NCBI GenBank assembly: GCA_033763315.1
Contig: JANRKS010000035.1
Coordinates: 96,001 to 160,000 of the forward strand
DNA from: Deltaproteobacteria bacterium
Lineage (GTDB): Bacteria > Myxococcota_A > Polyangia > Fen-1088
Reading direction: 5' to 3'
DNA: 64,000 nucleotides
Below the pieces are notes generated by a model. It saw nothing but the letters and a program-made list of their open reading frames with translations. It did no database searches and was not told the DNA's origin. Shown here piece after piece: positions 29,653-39,864 of this stretch. The translations under genes were made by a program, and so were the position numbers. The stretch's first letter is position 1. The number at the start of each line of letters is the position of its first letter.

Positions 29653-31902
29653 ATGAGTTACACTGCGCATCCCCCGCCGCCCATGCCCAACGACGACGCC
29701 CCGCCACCCGCCCCCCCACCCACCACCCTTTGGCTTGACGACACAGTCGAGCATGAGATGACGGTCTGGGCGCTCGATCATTTGGCCGCCTGTCACGGCG
29801 CCTCCGTGCCTGCAGAGGTCACGCGGACTGCCGTCGCGCATGCGCACCGCGCGGCCGACAACCAGCACGCAGAACCTTGGTGTACACGCCTGCGGACGGC
29901 TGCGACGGCCGTGGGACTTCGCCTGTCGGCGGTGAACGAACCGCTTGATCAGGCACTTTCACTCTTGACGCCAGGCGCTAATTTGATTCTCCGCGCGCAT
30001 GGCGGCGGCGCCGCGCGACTGGTGGCGCTGTGTCAGAGGTCCGGCCACAAAGTCCGTGTGGTGTCGTCAGTCGCCAGCGACCAGGACGGCTGGATGACGA
30101 TGAATGAGTTAACGGCGCTTCTGGGCATCAAAGACGCTTCCGAAGCCGTGACGGTTGTGTTCGGCGAATTGGCAGCCCCTCTTGACGCCTTACGGGTCCC
30201 AGAAGAGGCCAAGCGGACATCGCCCGCTTCGCCGTGGGCACGCTTACGCGCTTTGATTCGCACGGAGCGAAATGATCTTTGGGTGGTGGTTGTGTACGCC
30301 ATTGGCGTAGGTCTCATCAGCTTGGCAGCGCCTGTTGCCGTGCAGTCACTGGTCAATACGGTGGCCTTCGGCTCTTTGATCCAGCCCCTCCTGGTGCTGT
30401 CCCTGGTATTGATGGCGTGCCTCATCGCCGCAGCCATTTTGCGAATCCTACAGTTTTACGTGGTGGAGATCATACAGCGCCGGTTGTTTGTGCGCGTGGC
30501 TGCCGACTTGGCCTTTCGCCTCCCGCGGGTACGGATCGACGCATTTGAGGGCAAGTATGGCCCGGCTTTGGTCAACCGGTTCTTTGACGTGCTGACACTT
30601 CAAAAAAGCACGTCGTCGTTGTTGCTGGATGGACTGGCTTTGCTGCTGCAGGCGGGCACGGGCATGCTGCTGTTGGCGTTTTATCATCCAGTCTTACTGG
30701 CCTTTGATGTCCTGTTGATTGGAGCTCTAAGCTTCATCGTTTTTGTGCTTGGCCGAAGTGGCACGCCCACCGCGATTAAAGAATCCAAGGCCAAATACGA
30801 GGTGGCCGCATGGCTGCAAGAGCTAGCACGCACTCCGGCCACATTTCGCGCCGCTGGCGGCGCCAAGTTCGCCATTCGCAAAGCCGATTCCTTGGCCAAG
30901 GATTACCTTCAGGCGCGCACAAAGCACTTCGGCGTACTGCTGCGACAGATGAGTGGAATGCTGATGACGCAGGTTCTCGCGAGCACTGTGCTGTTGGGCC
31001 TCGGCGGCTGGCTGGTCATGCAGCGGCAATTGACGTTAGGTCAATTGGTCGCAGCTGAACTCGTCGTAACATCGGTGGTGGCGGGCTTCGGCAAACTGGC
31101 GCGCACTTTCGGCGATTTTTACAAGATGATGGCTGGCCTCGACAAGCTAGGGTCGCTCATCGATTTGCCCCTTGAGCGCGAACAGGGCGAGATGCTGCCC
31201 GCGAAGCAACAAAGCGCGGCCTTGTCGTTGCGCAACGTCACCTATGTTTATCCCGGCGGCCACAAATCGCTGGTTGGGTTAAACTTGGACGTCGCCCCTG
31301 GCGAACGACTGGCTCTCGTAGGAAGCAGCGGCGGAGGCAAAGGCACTTTGCTGGAGGTCGCCTTTGGCATGCGCACACCCACCAGCGGCGCTGTGCTTCT
31401 TGACGACATCGACCTGCGCGACCTGCGATTGGAATCGCTGCGCCACGATGTTCTCATGCTCAATGGCGTTGAAATTATCGATGGCACCATCGTTGAGAAC
31501 CTGCGCCTCGGCCGCATTGAGGTCACGCCGGATGAAGTTCGAGACGCTCTGCGCACCGTGAACCTTTTGGATGATGTGTTGAACTTGCCGGAGGGCCTCA
31601 ACACTCACCTCGTTCCCAGCGGTGCCCCGCTATCGAGCGGTCAAGCGCGTCGGTTGGTGTTGGCGCGGGCGCTTGTGGTGAAACCGCGGTTGCTCTTGGT
31701 TCGCGAAACTTTGGACACCATCGCCAGCCACAGCCGCACGAAAATTATCGAGGCCATCTTAGGTCCCAAAGCCCCGTGGACAGTGCTGCTCGTGTCGCAC
31801 GACCCCCAGGTGATTGCCGCGTGTTCGCGTGCTGTTGACCTTGGGGCACTTGGTCAGCCACCCAACCCCTCGCCTGCCGTGCCATTGGGAGGTGCACGAT
31901 GA
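29653..31902 (+). CDS. Type I secretion ABC transporter with C39-like N-domain (degenerate ATPase motifs)
   Basis: ABC TMD (NRFFD, LTLGQLVAAE), Walker A GSSGGGKGT, signature LSSGQ, Walker B LLLVRE, switch SHD. Start uncertain (29599 or 29653). Confidence 0.88.
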   Translation: MSYTAHPPPPMPNDDAPPPAPPPTTLWLDDTVEHEMTVWALDHLAACHGASVPAEVTRTAVAHAHRAADNQHAEPWCTRLRTAATAVGLRLSAVNEPLDQALSLLTPGANLILRAHGGGAARLVALCQRSGHKVRVVSSVASDQDGWMTMNELTALLGIKDASEAVTVVFGELAAPLDALRVPEEAKRTSPASPWARLRALIRTERNDLWVVVVYAIGVGLISLAAPVAVQSLVNTVAFGSLIQPLLVLSLVLMACLIAAAILRILQFYVVEIIQRRLFVRVAADLAFRLPRVRIDAFEGKYGPALVNRFFDVLTLQKSTSSLLLDGLALLLQAGTGMLLLAFYHPVLLAFDVLLIGALSFIVFVLGRSGTPTAIKESKAKYEVAAWLQELARTPATFRAAGGAKFAIRKADSLAKDYLQARTKHFGVLLRQMSGMLMTQVLASTVLLGLGGWLVMQRQLTLGQLVAAELVVTSVVAGFGKLARTFGDFYKMMAGLDKLGSLIDLPLEREQGEMLPAKQQSAALSLRNVTYVYPGGHKSLVGLNLDVAPGERLALVGSSGGGKGTLLEVAFGMRTPTSGAVLLDDIDLRDLRLESLRHDVLMLNGVEIIDGTIVENLRLGRIEVTPDEVRDALRTVNLLDDVLNLPEGLNTHLVPSGAPLSSGQARRLVLARALVVKPRLLLVRETLDTIASHSRTKIIEAILGPKAPWTVLLVSHDPQVIAACSRAVDLGALGQPPNPSPAVPLGGAR

Positions 31903-33296
31903 AGCCGCGCAAGCAAGACACGGTATTCGCCGCGCTTGCCAAGGACGACTTTCCCGCCCTTCGCCTTGTGAGATCACCACGAACGCCCGCGCGGGTGGCC
32001 ACAACTTTGGTGTGCTTGGGGTTTCTTTTCTGCTTGGCATTGGCGTTTGTGCCATGGCAGCAGTCAGTCAAAGGTGACGGTCGTGTGATCGCGTTTACGC
32101 CACTTGAACGGCAGCAGTCGATTCAAGCGCCACTCGAAGGCCGCATCGTGCGCTGGTGGGTTCAAGAAGGCGCACGCGTGGCGGCGGGCGATCGCTTACT
32201 TGAGATAAGCGACAACGATCCGCAACTGATCGAACGCATCACGGCCGAGATCAACGCCACGAAAGACAAGCTCGCGCGCGCAAAGGAACGCGCAGCCACC
32301 GTGCAGGATCGCATTCGCTCGCTTTCCGAATCAAAGTCTTTGGGCACGACGGCCGCGCAAGCACGCGTGCAGATGGCCCAAGATCGCAAGGCCTCTGCGC
32401 TACAAGCGTTAGACGCCGCTCGCGCGGCAGACAAAACCGCAAAGCTAAACCTTGAGCGGCAACACAAGCTCATGAACGAAGGCCTTGCGTCCAAGCGTGC
32501 GCACGAATTGGCGGAACTTGAGGCCGCGCAGCGGCGCACCGACGTGGATCGCGCCCTCGCGGCCGTAAGCGCCGCAGAGAACGAACTACTGGCTCTTAAG
32601 GCCGATCAAGGCAAGGTGGGCACGGACATCGGGGCCACGATTGAATCCGCGCGCGCTGACTACGCGAAGGCGCTCGAAGACGTGGCCCACTCTGAAGCGG
32701 AGCTTAACCGCATCGAAGTGCGCCGCTCGCGACAGCAATCGCAGGTGTTGTACGCGCCACGCGCGGGCACCGTGCTTCGCCAGCTGGTGGGCGAAAGCGC
32801 CGAGATGGTGAAAGCCGGAGATCCGCTGTTGGTACTGGTGCCTGACACCGAACAACGTGCCGTGGAAATGTGGGTCGACGGAAACGACGCGCCCTTGATC
32901 TCGCCTGGGCGTCACGTCCGTTTGCAATTTGAAGGCTGGCCTGCGATTCAGTTTTCGGGCTGGCCCTCCGTGGCCGTGGGCACCTTCGGTGGCGTGGTTT
33001 CATTTGTGGATGCCACCGACAACGGCCATGGCGATTTTCGCATCGTCGTATCGCCGGACACCTCAGAACCGTGGCCAGACATTCGTTACCTTCGCCAAGG
33101 CGTGCACACCAAGGGCTGGGTGTTGCTGAACCGCGTGCGCTTGGGCTTTGAGCTGTGGCGAAACTGGAACGGCTTTCCGCCCATGATTCTTCACGACACG
33201 CACAAGACAGAAACACCCGCCAAGAAGGGCAAGCCAACCACCAAAGAGGGGCACGACCGCAAGACCGACGAAAGCAAGGCCAAGGAGTCCTTATGA
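31899..33296 (+). CDS. HlyD-family membrane fusion protein
   Basis: TM + PWQQ, IQAPLEG, long coiled coil, VRLQFEGWPA; ATGA overlap with the ABC gene. Confidence 0.93.
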   Translation: MKPRKQDTVFAALAKDDFPALRLVRSPRTPARVATTLVCLGFLFCLALAFVPWQQSVKGDGRVIAFTPLERQQSIQAPLEGRIVRWWVQEGARVAAGDRLLEISDNDPQLIERITAEINATKDKLARAKERAATVQDRIRSLSESKSLGTTAAQARVQMAQDRKASALQALDAARAADKTAKLNLERQHKLMNEGLASKRAHELAELEAAQRRTDVDRALAAVSAAENELLALKADQGKVGTDIGATIESARADYAKALEDVAHSEAELNRIEVRRSRQQSQVLYAPRAGTVLRQLVGESAEMVKAGDPLLVLVPDTEQRAVEMWVDGNDAPLISPGRHVRLQFEGWPAIQFSGWPSVAVGTFGGVVSFVDATDNGHGDFRIVVSPDTSEPWPDIRYLRQGVHTKGWVLLNRVRLGFELWRNWNGFPPMILHDTHKTETPAKKGKPTTKEGHDRKTDESKAKESL

Positions 33297-34675
33297 GCTG
33301 GGCGATTGGCCTATTTGCCATCACGGTGGCAGCTAACACGGAGATCGAGTCGCCGCTCACTCTTGAGGACGTGCTGTCGTCGACGACTCGTGCGTATCCT
33401 TTGCTGGCGGCCGCGGAACAGAGGCGGCTTGTGGCGTCGGCGGACCTGCTATCGGCCGAAGGCGGATTCGATCCGTCCTGGAAAACGCGCGCGAACTCTT
33501 TTGCACCCGCTTATTACCCCTACTACACGATCGATTCTGTCATCGAGCAACCAACAACACTGTGGGGCACGAATGTGTTTGGCGGTTACCGGTGGGGGCG
33601 CGGCGATGTGCCACCGTATTACGGCAACGTTGAAACGGCTCGCGGTGGCGAACTGCGGGCGGGCGTCTCCGTACCGCTGCTGCGAAACGGCCCCATTGAC
33701 CGCAGACGCGCGAGCATTGAACAGGCAAAGCTTGGACAAAAAGTGGCGGATGGAGACCTGGCCTTGGTGCGCATTGATGTGTTGCGCGCGGCTGCCTATC
33801 GCTATTGGGATTGGGTGATGGCGGGGCGGCGTTTGGCCATCGCGAAAGAATTACTTGGCATTGCGGAGGCGCGCGATGAGGCCGTACATAGACGCAGCCA
33901 AGCCGGCGACGTGGCCCAAATCGACAAGGTCGACAATGAACGAGCGATTGCCGAACGCACCGAGCGGGTGGTGGCCTTCACGCGTTCGCTCGATCAAGCA
34001 GCCATTGCGTTGTCGTTGTTCGTGCGCGATTCGCAAGGTGAACCCGTGCGGCCCGCGCCTTCACGTCTGCCGTTGTCGCTGCCAGAGCCGCAGCATCTGC
34101 ACGACGCGCCGTTGGCCGGTGAGTTGGAACGTGCGCTATCACAAAGACCGGAGATGCTGCGATTGCGCGCCCAACGTCAACAGTTGGAGCTTGAACGGAC
34201 GTGGGCCAAAAACCAGAAGCTGCCGGGCCTCGATGTGGGAGTGGTGGCTTCGCGCGATTTAGGTCAAGGCGATCCGCGCTTTGCGCGCACGGAGGTCGCC
34301 GCCAACGTCATGCTTGATGTTCCATTGCAAAGGCGTGTGGCAACCGGGCGTGAGCAAGCGGCCATGGCCGGCATTGAGCGCCTGCGCGCAGAGGAGCAAA
34401 TGGCCAAAGACCGCATCGAAGCTGAAGTGCGCGACAGCTTGTCGGCGCTTGAGGCCGCTTGGAAGCGCGTGGGGCTGGCGCGGCGACAACGCGGCCTGGC
34501 CATCCAGCTTGAAAAGGCAGAACGAACCCGTTTCGAGTTGGGCGAAAGCAATCTGTTGCTCGTGAACCTGCGCGAGCAGGCCAGCGCGGACGCGGCCCTG
34601 GTGGAAGCAGAAGCGCTCGGTACGTGGCTGCGCGCCAAGGCCGATTACCGAGCGGCTTTGGCCGATCCACACTAA
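33293..34675 (+). CDS. TolC-family outer membrane efflux protein
   Basis: Start trimmed to ATG 33293 (AAGGAG RBS, ATGA overlap). Motifs LTLEDVL, GGFDP, VPLLRN, RFELGES, LVNLRE. Confidence 0.92.
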   Translation: MSWAIGLFAITVAANTEIESPLTLEDVLSSTTRAYPLLAAAEQRRLVASADLLSAEGGFDPSWKTRANSFAPAYYPYYTIDSVIEQPTTLWGTNVFGGYRWGRGDVPPYYGNVETARGGELRAGVSVPLLRNGPIDRRRASIEQAKLGQKVADGDLALVRIDVLRAAAYRYWDWVMAGRRLAIAKELLGIAEARDEAVHRRSQAGDVAQIDKVDNERAIAERTERVVAFTRSLDQAAIALSLFVRDSQGEPVRPAPSRLPLSLPEPQHLHDAPLAGELERALSQRPEMLRLRAQRQQLELERTWAKNQKLPGLDVGVVASRDLGQGDPRFARTEVAANVMLDVPLQRRVATGREQAAMAGIERLRAEEQMAKDRIEAEVRDSLSALEAAWKRVGLARRQRGLAIQLEKAERTRFELGESNLLLVNLREQASADAALVEAEALGTWLRAKADYRAALADPH

Positions 34676-35947
34676 ATGCAGCAAAAAAAGCTTCACCTTG
34701 GACATGAGCGGTGGCAGACCATGGGGGTGACGATACCTGTTGCCGTTCCGACCGTGGTTCCTGCGCGGGGCCTTCGACCCTTGCCGCTTCTGACGGCCGT
34801 AAACTTCTTTAATTACATGGACCGCCAAGTGGTCTACAGCATGACGCCGTTCATCGCTGAGAGCTTTGGCATTTCAAAGTTTCATCTCGGGCTGTTGTCG
34901 CTCGTGAACCTTGTGGTGTTCGCGGTTGCCTCACTGGCTTCGGGGCCGATCGCCGATCGGTTTGGACCACGCCGGGTGATCTTCGGCGGCGTGTTCATCT
35001 GGGCCGTGGCCACGATCGGTTCGGCGTTGGCCACTTCGTTTCCGGTGTTGCTGGTGTTCCGTGCGCTTGTGGGTGTGGGCGAAGGCGCGTATGGACCCAG
35101 CGCCATCATTCTGCTGTGCGCGGCGGCCGATCCCAAAGCGCAAGGACGTTCGCTTGGCATCTACAACGCAGGGATGGCCGTGGGCGGCAGCATGGGTCTG
35201 TTTTTGGGCGCCATCTTGGCGCCCTCGATTGGCTGGCGAGGCGTGTTTTGGATCGCCGGGGCACCATCGTTGTTGCTGGCCTTGCTTACCGTGTTTGTGG
35301 CGGCGCCCTCTCGTTTACCCAGGCCGCACGTGCAACCCACACGCGCCTATCTTCTGCACCCCACTTATTTGCTGATGACCTTGGGCGGCGTGCTCGTCAC
35401 TTTCGCGGCAGCCGGACTGCTGTTCTGGGCACGTTGGTTGATCATCGATGAACGCGGCTTTTCGGTGGTGGGTGGCAGCATCTTGATGTTGTGCATTGGC
35501 CTTGGCTGCGGCATCGGCGGCGTCATCACGGGCGGCTACTTGGGAGATTGGATGGGCCACCGCCGCACGGGCGGGCACGCGTTTGTCATGGGCATCTCGC
35601 TGTTGGCAGCCATCCCCGTGGGCATAGGCTGCTTAACCGTGCGACAACCCGTGGCGTTCGCCATTCTCACCGCTTGCGTTGTGTTCTTGCTGTCTATCTA
35701 TAACGGCCCCGCGGCGGTGGTTGTGGATCAATTGGCACCACCGCAATACGCGGCCACCTTACAAGCCGTGTTCCTGTTTTCGGTGCACGTCCTGGGTGAT
35801 GCGCCGGCGGCGACGGTGGTCGGATACATCTCGGGCTTTACGTCCGTGGGCAACGCGTTGCTGGTCACGGTGGTGGCTTTCGGCTTGGCGGGCGTTATGT
35901 TTCTGCTGGTCGGGCGACGGCAACGGCTGGCAGGGCAGCTGCATTAG
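34676..35947 (+). CDS. MFS transporter, spinster-like
   Basis: About 12 TM; NFFNYMDR, ADRFGPRR, RALVGVGE, HVLGDA. Start may be 34721. Confidence 0.88.
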   Translation: MQQKKLHLGHERWQTMGVTIPVAVPTVVPARGLRPLPLLTAVNFFNYMDRQVVYSMTPFIAESFGISKFHLGLLSLVNLVVFAVASLASGPIADRFGPRRVIFGGVFIWAVATIGSALATSFPVLLVFRALVGVGEGAYGPSAIILLCAAADPKAQGRSLGIYNAGMAVGGSMGLFLGAILAPSIGWRGVFWIAGAPSLLLALLTVFVAAPSRLPRPHVQPTRAYLLHPTYLLMTLGGVLVTFAAAGLLFWARWLIIDERGFSVVGGSILMLCIGLGCGIGGVITGGYLGDWMGHRRTGGHAFVMGISLLAAIPVGIGCLTVRQPVAFAILTACVVFLLSIYNGPAAVVVDQLAPPQYAATLQAVFLFSVHVLGDAPAATVVGYISGFTSVGNALLVTVVAFGLAGVMFLLVGRRQRLAGQLH

Positions 35948-35956
35948 CGTAAAACA

Positions 35957-36556
35957 ATGATGACCGAAGCGGAACACAACGGCCGCACACGCATTGTGCT
36001 GACAGGCGGGCCCGGAGGCGGCAAGAGCACGGCGGCAGATATGTTCCGCCGCGAGATCGGCGATCGCGTCGTGGTGGTGCCCGAAGCCGCGACCATTCTG
36101 TATGGCGGTGGCTTTCCTCGCCCCGCGCTCGAACACGCGCGCCGGTCCACCCAGCAAGCCATTTTCCACGTGCAAAGAAATCTGGAAGACGTGCAAGCGC
36201 GCCTTTATCCAGATCGCGTTCTGCTTTGCGATCGTGGAACCATCGACGGCGCCGCGTATTGGCCCGGCTCTCCCGATGATTTTTTCAACGCCATGGGCAC
36301 CACGCTGGCGCGGGAGTTTGAGCGTTACGATGCGGTCATCCATTTCGAGAGCGCGGCTGCGGGCGGCATAGCCATCGAAGGTGGCAATCCCGTGCGCAAC
36401 GAAACGTTGAAAGAAGCATTGCTGCTCGATCGCAAATTGCAGGCGATCTGGTCAGCCCACCCGCATTTTCACGTGATTCCACACAACGCTTCGTTTCTGG
36501 CGAAGATCACTCAGGCCCTACGCCTGTTGCAATCGCTTGTGGATGCCAACGGCTGA
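35957..36556 (+). CDS. P-loop ATPase/kinase (AAA_28/NadR-like)
   Basis: IVLTGGPGGGKST, VPEAAT, CDRGTID. Confidence 0.85.
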   Translation: MMTEAEHNGRTRIVLTGGPGGGKSTAADMFRREIGDRVVVVPEAATILYGGGFPRPALEHARRSTQQAIFHVQRNLEDVQARLYPDRVLLCDRGTIDGAAYWPGSPDDFFNAMGTTLAREFERYDAVIHFESAAAGGIAIEGGNPVRNETLKEALLLDRKLQAIWSAHPHFHVIPHNASFLAKITQALRLLQSLVDANG

Positions 36557-36560
36557 AAAG

Positions 36561-36598
36561 CAAAACGCCCAGGTGAAACGAGTCACCCAGGCGTTTTG
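36561..36598. terminator. Bidirectional terminator between convergent genes
   Basis: CAAAACGCC..GGTGA-loop-TCACC..GGCGTTTTG. Confidence 0.75.
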
Positions 36599-36616
36599 TG
36601 CCACCGACCAAAACAG

Positions 36617-38077
36617 CTACTTGCCGCTCGCAGCCAGCTCGGCAATTTGCTGCGGTGACAAGTTGGTGTTGTACAAGCGCACTTCATCGACCAGGCCACC
36701 GAAGAACTGCTTGACCATATCAAGTGCGCCGGCGCCACCGATGATGGTGTCCGTGGTGTCGGCAGCAATCGGCCAACCGATGTCGAGCGACGAGGCCTGC
36801 ATACCGTTGACGAACAAGTTCAACGTGATGCCATCGTACGTGGCGGCCAGATGCGCCCATTGGCCGGCCGGAATTGCCTGAGGCGCTTCTGCGAAGAAGA
36901 AATGAACACCCGCGATCGGCTTGCCCACTTTCAGTCCAAGCGCAAAATGTTGGAAAGCGGTGTCCGCCTCCTGGCGCGCAATCACTTGCTGAAGCTCTTC
37001 AAACACACTCACAGGGCCTGGGTTCACCCACGCGGCCACTGTGAAGGCGCCATTGACGCCCGTAGAATCGATTGAATCCGAGCGGCGCACCCGCACCGAA
37101 GTTTGCGGTGCAGAGAGATCAAGCGCTGCACCAATCTTTCCCGGAGCGATCGTGGCCGGCACAGGCATTCGGTTGGGGCTGGATCCCAAAGTCACCTCAC
37201 CGTTGTTGCCAAAGCCAGACTGATCTGGAACGAAGGATCCCATCACCCCGTCAAAGCTCCAGTGACCGATAAGACCCGCGGGCGGCGGTGGGGGGCCGCC
37301 CAAGGACGAACCCGAAATTTCGGCCGAGGCAAATGCGCCGTCCGATGTGGCGATGAGGCTGGCGAACGAGCGTTGTGAAGGAACGGTTGGCGAGAATGTC
37401 ACCGTGACATCGCAAACTCCGCCCGGGGGCAAGGGCATCCGGCAATTGTTCTGGGTGATGGCGAACTCAGACAGGCTCTTCAAAAGGATTTGAGGAGGCG
37501 ACAGCTGCGCGGTCGAGGGATTGGACAGCCTAAAAAAGGCGATCCTGGAACCACCGACGGGCACGGGACCAAAGTCAAAAGCGGCTGGGAAGAACTGCAG
37601 AGCGACCGGCGGCGGTGGAACTTCGTCGGGCTGGAAGTCAGCCTTGACGTCCACAACGCCGTTGGGCCGCAGCACCACCGACACTGACGTTCGCAGGCCG
37701 CCTTGCAGGATCAGGTTCTGTGTGTCCGAGATCCAAGACGGAGTGCTGTCCTTGGGCCCTTGCGGGCAGGCGCCCGAGAAGGCGTCCATATCGAACGTCA
37801 CACCGCCTGTCGGCAAACCCTGAATCGTGAATGTGGAGGGTGACCCTGGCTTGACGTCGTGGGTGCGCACAACCGTGCGCGAGCGACCCGTGACGGTGGC
37901 ACGCACGCAGGCCACATCCTTGGGCACGGAGGTTAATGCGACCTGCACCAAGGCCGTCTCGGCGGCGATGTCAGATGGGCTCTCTTGCTCACCACACCCC
38001 GCAAGCAGTGCACCCAGTCCGAAGACGGTCACCCCGGTCGCCCAACGTCCGTTCTTGAAGATTCCGTTTAGTTCCAC
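36617..38077 (-). CDS. Lipoprotein with Ig-like (ASH-type) and LamG domains
   Basis: GTG start after AGGAG; lipobox LAGC; DFGPVPVG...NC...C.VTVTFSP; C-terminal LamG (GHWSFD ... VDEVRLYN). Confidence 0.85.
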   Translation of the reverse strand: MELNGIFKNGRWATGVTVFGLGALLAGCGEQESPSDIAAETALVQVALTSVPKDVACVRATVTGRSRTVVRTHDVKPGSPSTFTIQGLPTGGVTFDMDAFSGACPQGPKDSTPSWISDTQNLILQGGLRTSVSVVLRPNGVVDVKADFQPDEVPPPPVALQFFPAAFDFGPVPVGGSRIAFFRLSNPSTAQLSPPQILLKSLSEFAITQNNCRMPLPPGGVCDVTVTFSPTVPSQRSFASLIATSDGAFASAEISGSSLGGPPPPPAGLIGHWSFDGVMGSFVPDQSGFGNNGEVTLGSSPNRMPVPATIAPGKIGAALDLSAPQTSVRVRRSDSIDSTGVNGAFTVAAWVNPGPVSVFEELQQVIARQEADTAFQHFALGLKVGKPIAGVHFFFAEAPQAIPAGQWAHLAATYDGITLNLFVNGMQASSLDIGWPIAADTTDTIIGGAGALDMVKQFFGGLVDEVRLYNTNLSPQQIAELAASGK

Positions 38078-38194
38078 AGCTTCTCTCCTTGTTTGCAGCC
38101 CATGCTTGGCCAGGCATGAGGGCATGGCAAGCGACTCGTCGCAAAAATATTTGGCAAATCTTCACGCGGCCCAAACCCCTGTTACATTCCCAGG

Positions 38195-38677
38195 ATGCAG
38201 ATCGCGGCAAACAAAGTGGTTTCCATCGAGTACACCCTCAAGGACACGGACGGGAAAGTCCTGGACACGTCCGACGGCGGCGAGCCTTTGCTTTACCTGC
38301 ACGGCGCCTCGAACATCGTGCCCGGCCTTGAAAAGGCGCTTGAGGGCAAATCCGAAGGCGATTCGGTCGAGGTCACTGTGCAACCCGAAGAGGGCTATGG
38401 CACGCGCGATGACAACGCGATCCGCAAGATGCCCGCCCGCAAGCTCTCCGCCGATAAGCGCGTGGCCGTGGGGCAGCGCTACCGGGCGATGACCCCCGAG
38501 GGCCCACGCATTGTCACGGTTCTCTCCGTGGCAGGCGATTACTGCACGGTTGATGCGAACCACCCGTTGGCGGGCATCGTCTTGAACTTTGCCGTCAAAG
38601 TCGTTGGCATCCGTGACGCCTCTGAAGAAGAAGTCGCGCACGGACACGTTCACACGCCCGGCAGCCACCAACACTGA
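38195..38677 (+). CDS. slyD: FKBP-type peptidyl-prolyl isomerase SlyD
   Basis: VVSIEYTL, YLHG, GLEKALEG, PEEGYG, DANHPLAG, His-rich tail. Confidence 0.95.
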   Translation: MQIAANKVVSIEYTLKDTDGKVLDTSDGGEPLLYLHGASNIVPGLEKALEGKSEGDSVEVTVQPEEGYGTRDDNAIRKMPARKLSADKRVAVGQRYRAMTPEGPRIVTVLSVAGDYCTVDANHPLAGIVLNFAVKVVGIRDASEEEVAHGHVHTPGSHQH

Positions 38678-38723
38678 GCGAAGCCAAAGCAAAATCCACC
38701 CCACCGTGCTATGGCCCTAGGCC

Positions 38724-39734
38724 ATGGGCACAGGAACGAGGCCATGGCTAAAGCGAGTGGCAGGGGTGATGTGGTGTTTGAGCATGACAGCCATCGCCTG
38801 CGACGACGAAACCAGTGGTCGTGGGCAAAGCGGCGGTGACGCGGCCATGGGCCAATTCGACGGCTTGGCAAGCGACGCTTTCGATGGCCTCAAGAGTGAC
38901 GCTGCTGACGGCGGCATCACAAGCGCTCTTGATGGCAGCGCAGCGGATGCGTTCTGCATCGACCCAGCCTCGATCCGTGACGCCAACGCGAGCGAGCTGC
39001 AAAGCCGCGTGCTTTACACAAACGACTTCGAGACGCCCAATGTGACGCTGGCCGTGGACTGCCCCCACGCGCTCGATGCGCGCGGAATCAACTTCCTTTA
39101 CGGAACACCTGCCTTTGCGTTCAACCAAGTGAACACAGTTGAAGGCGTCATCATCAACGATCCGTCCAAGCTTTATAAAAACCCTGCAGGCACGGGCGGC
39201 AAGTTTGCTCTCGGCATGCTTTCCACACTGCAAGACGATCGGCTTTCATTGACGTTTGATGTTACGGGCAAGCCGTTTCTTAACGTGGGGCTAGTTCTTT
39301 CCGCCATCGACGTCAACGGCTGCGGCGGGCCCTTCGGCGTGGCACGACCTGTGATGAAGGTGTCGCTCTATGAAACCACAACGGGCGTCCACAATTTTTC
39401 GACGCCAGGCAAGCTTTTGGATGAAGGGATGATTACGGGCGACGCGCCAGCGGATCCGTGGACGTTTGCGTGGAAATACGGGGTTGTCAGCTTGGATGCC
39501 AGCCAGGCCACAACAGCGCGTGTATCGGTTGTGTTCGACCTTCTTCAAAGCGGATACGCCGCGTTTGATAACCTTTCCATTGTGGCCTCGGCTAAGGCAG
39601 GCGTTGTTGATGAAAACAACGACGGCATTCCTGACGACGTTCCCGTGTGCGGGCGCACCATTCGAGTTTGTCCGTGGAACCCAAGCACCATGGATTTCGA
39701 CACCAACTGCACCTTCGTCGACGCGGGCCAGTGA
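38724..39734 (+). CDS. Hypothetical lipoprotein (acidic DAA/DGG linker + beta-sandwich domain)
   Basis: Lipobox-like AIAC, low-complexity linker, beta-rich domain ending AAFDNL. Confidence 0.7.
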   Translation: MGTGTRPWLKRVAGVMWCLSMTAIACDDETSGRGQSGGDAAMGQFDGLASDAFDGLKSDAADGGITSALDGSAADAFCIDPASIRDANASELQSRVLYTNDFETPNVTLAVDCPHALDARGINFLYGTPAFAFNQVNTVEGVIINDPSKLYKNPAGTGGKFALGMLSTLQDDRLSLTFDVTGKPFLNVGLVLSAIDVNGCGGPFGVARPVMKVSLYETTTGVHNFSTPGKLLDEGMITGDAPADPWTFAWKYGVVSLDASQATTARVSVVFDLLQSGYAAFDNLSIVASAKAGVVDENNDGIPDDVPVCGRTIRVCPWNPSTMDFDTNCTFVDAGQ

Positions 39735-39864
39735 ACGCCAACTGCTGCGGCGTTATAACACTGGCGGCGTCGCTTTGATCCACGCGGTCACAACATCGAT
39801 GCCGTCTGGATCGGCGTCAATTGCCGCACACAAAGAACGGTGTTCACGGGTACGAGCTACGCAA

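Noticed and set aside
28365-29654. 429-aa antisense ORF over the BBP2-like porin
   Set aside because: Shadow ORF from strong codon bias; no motifs.
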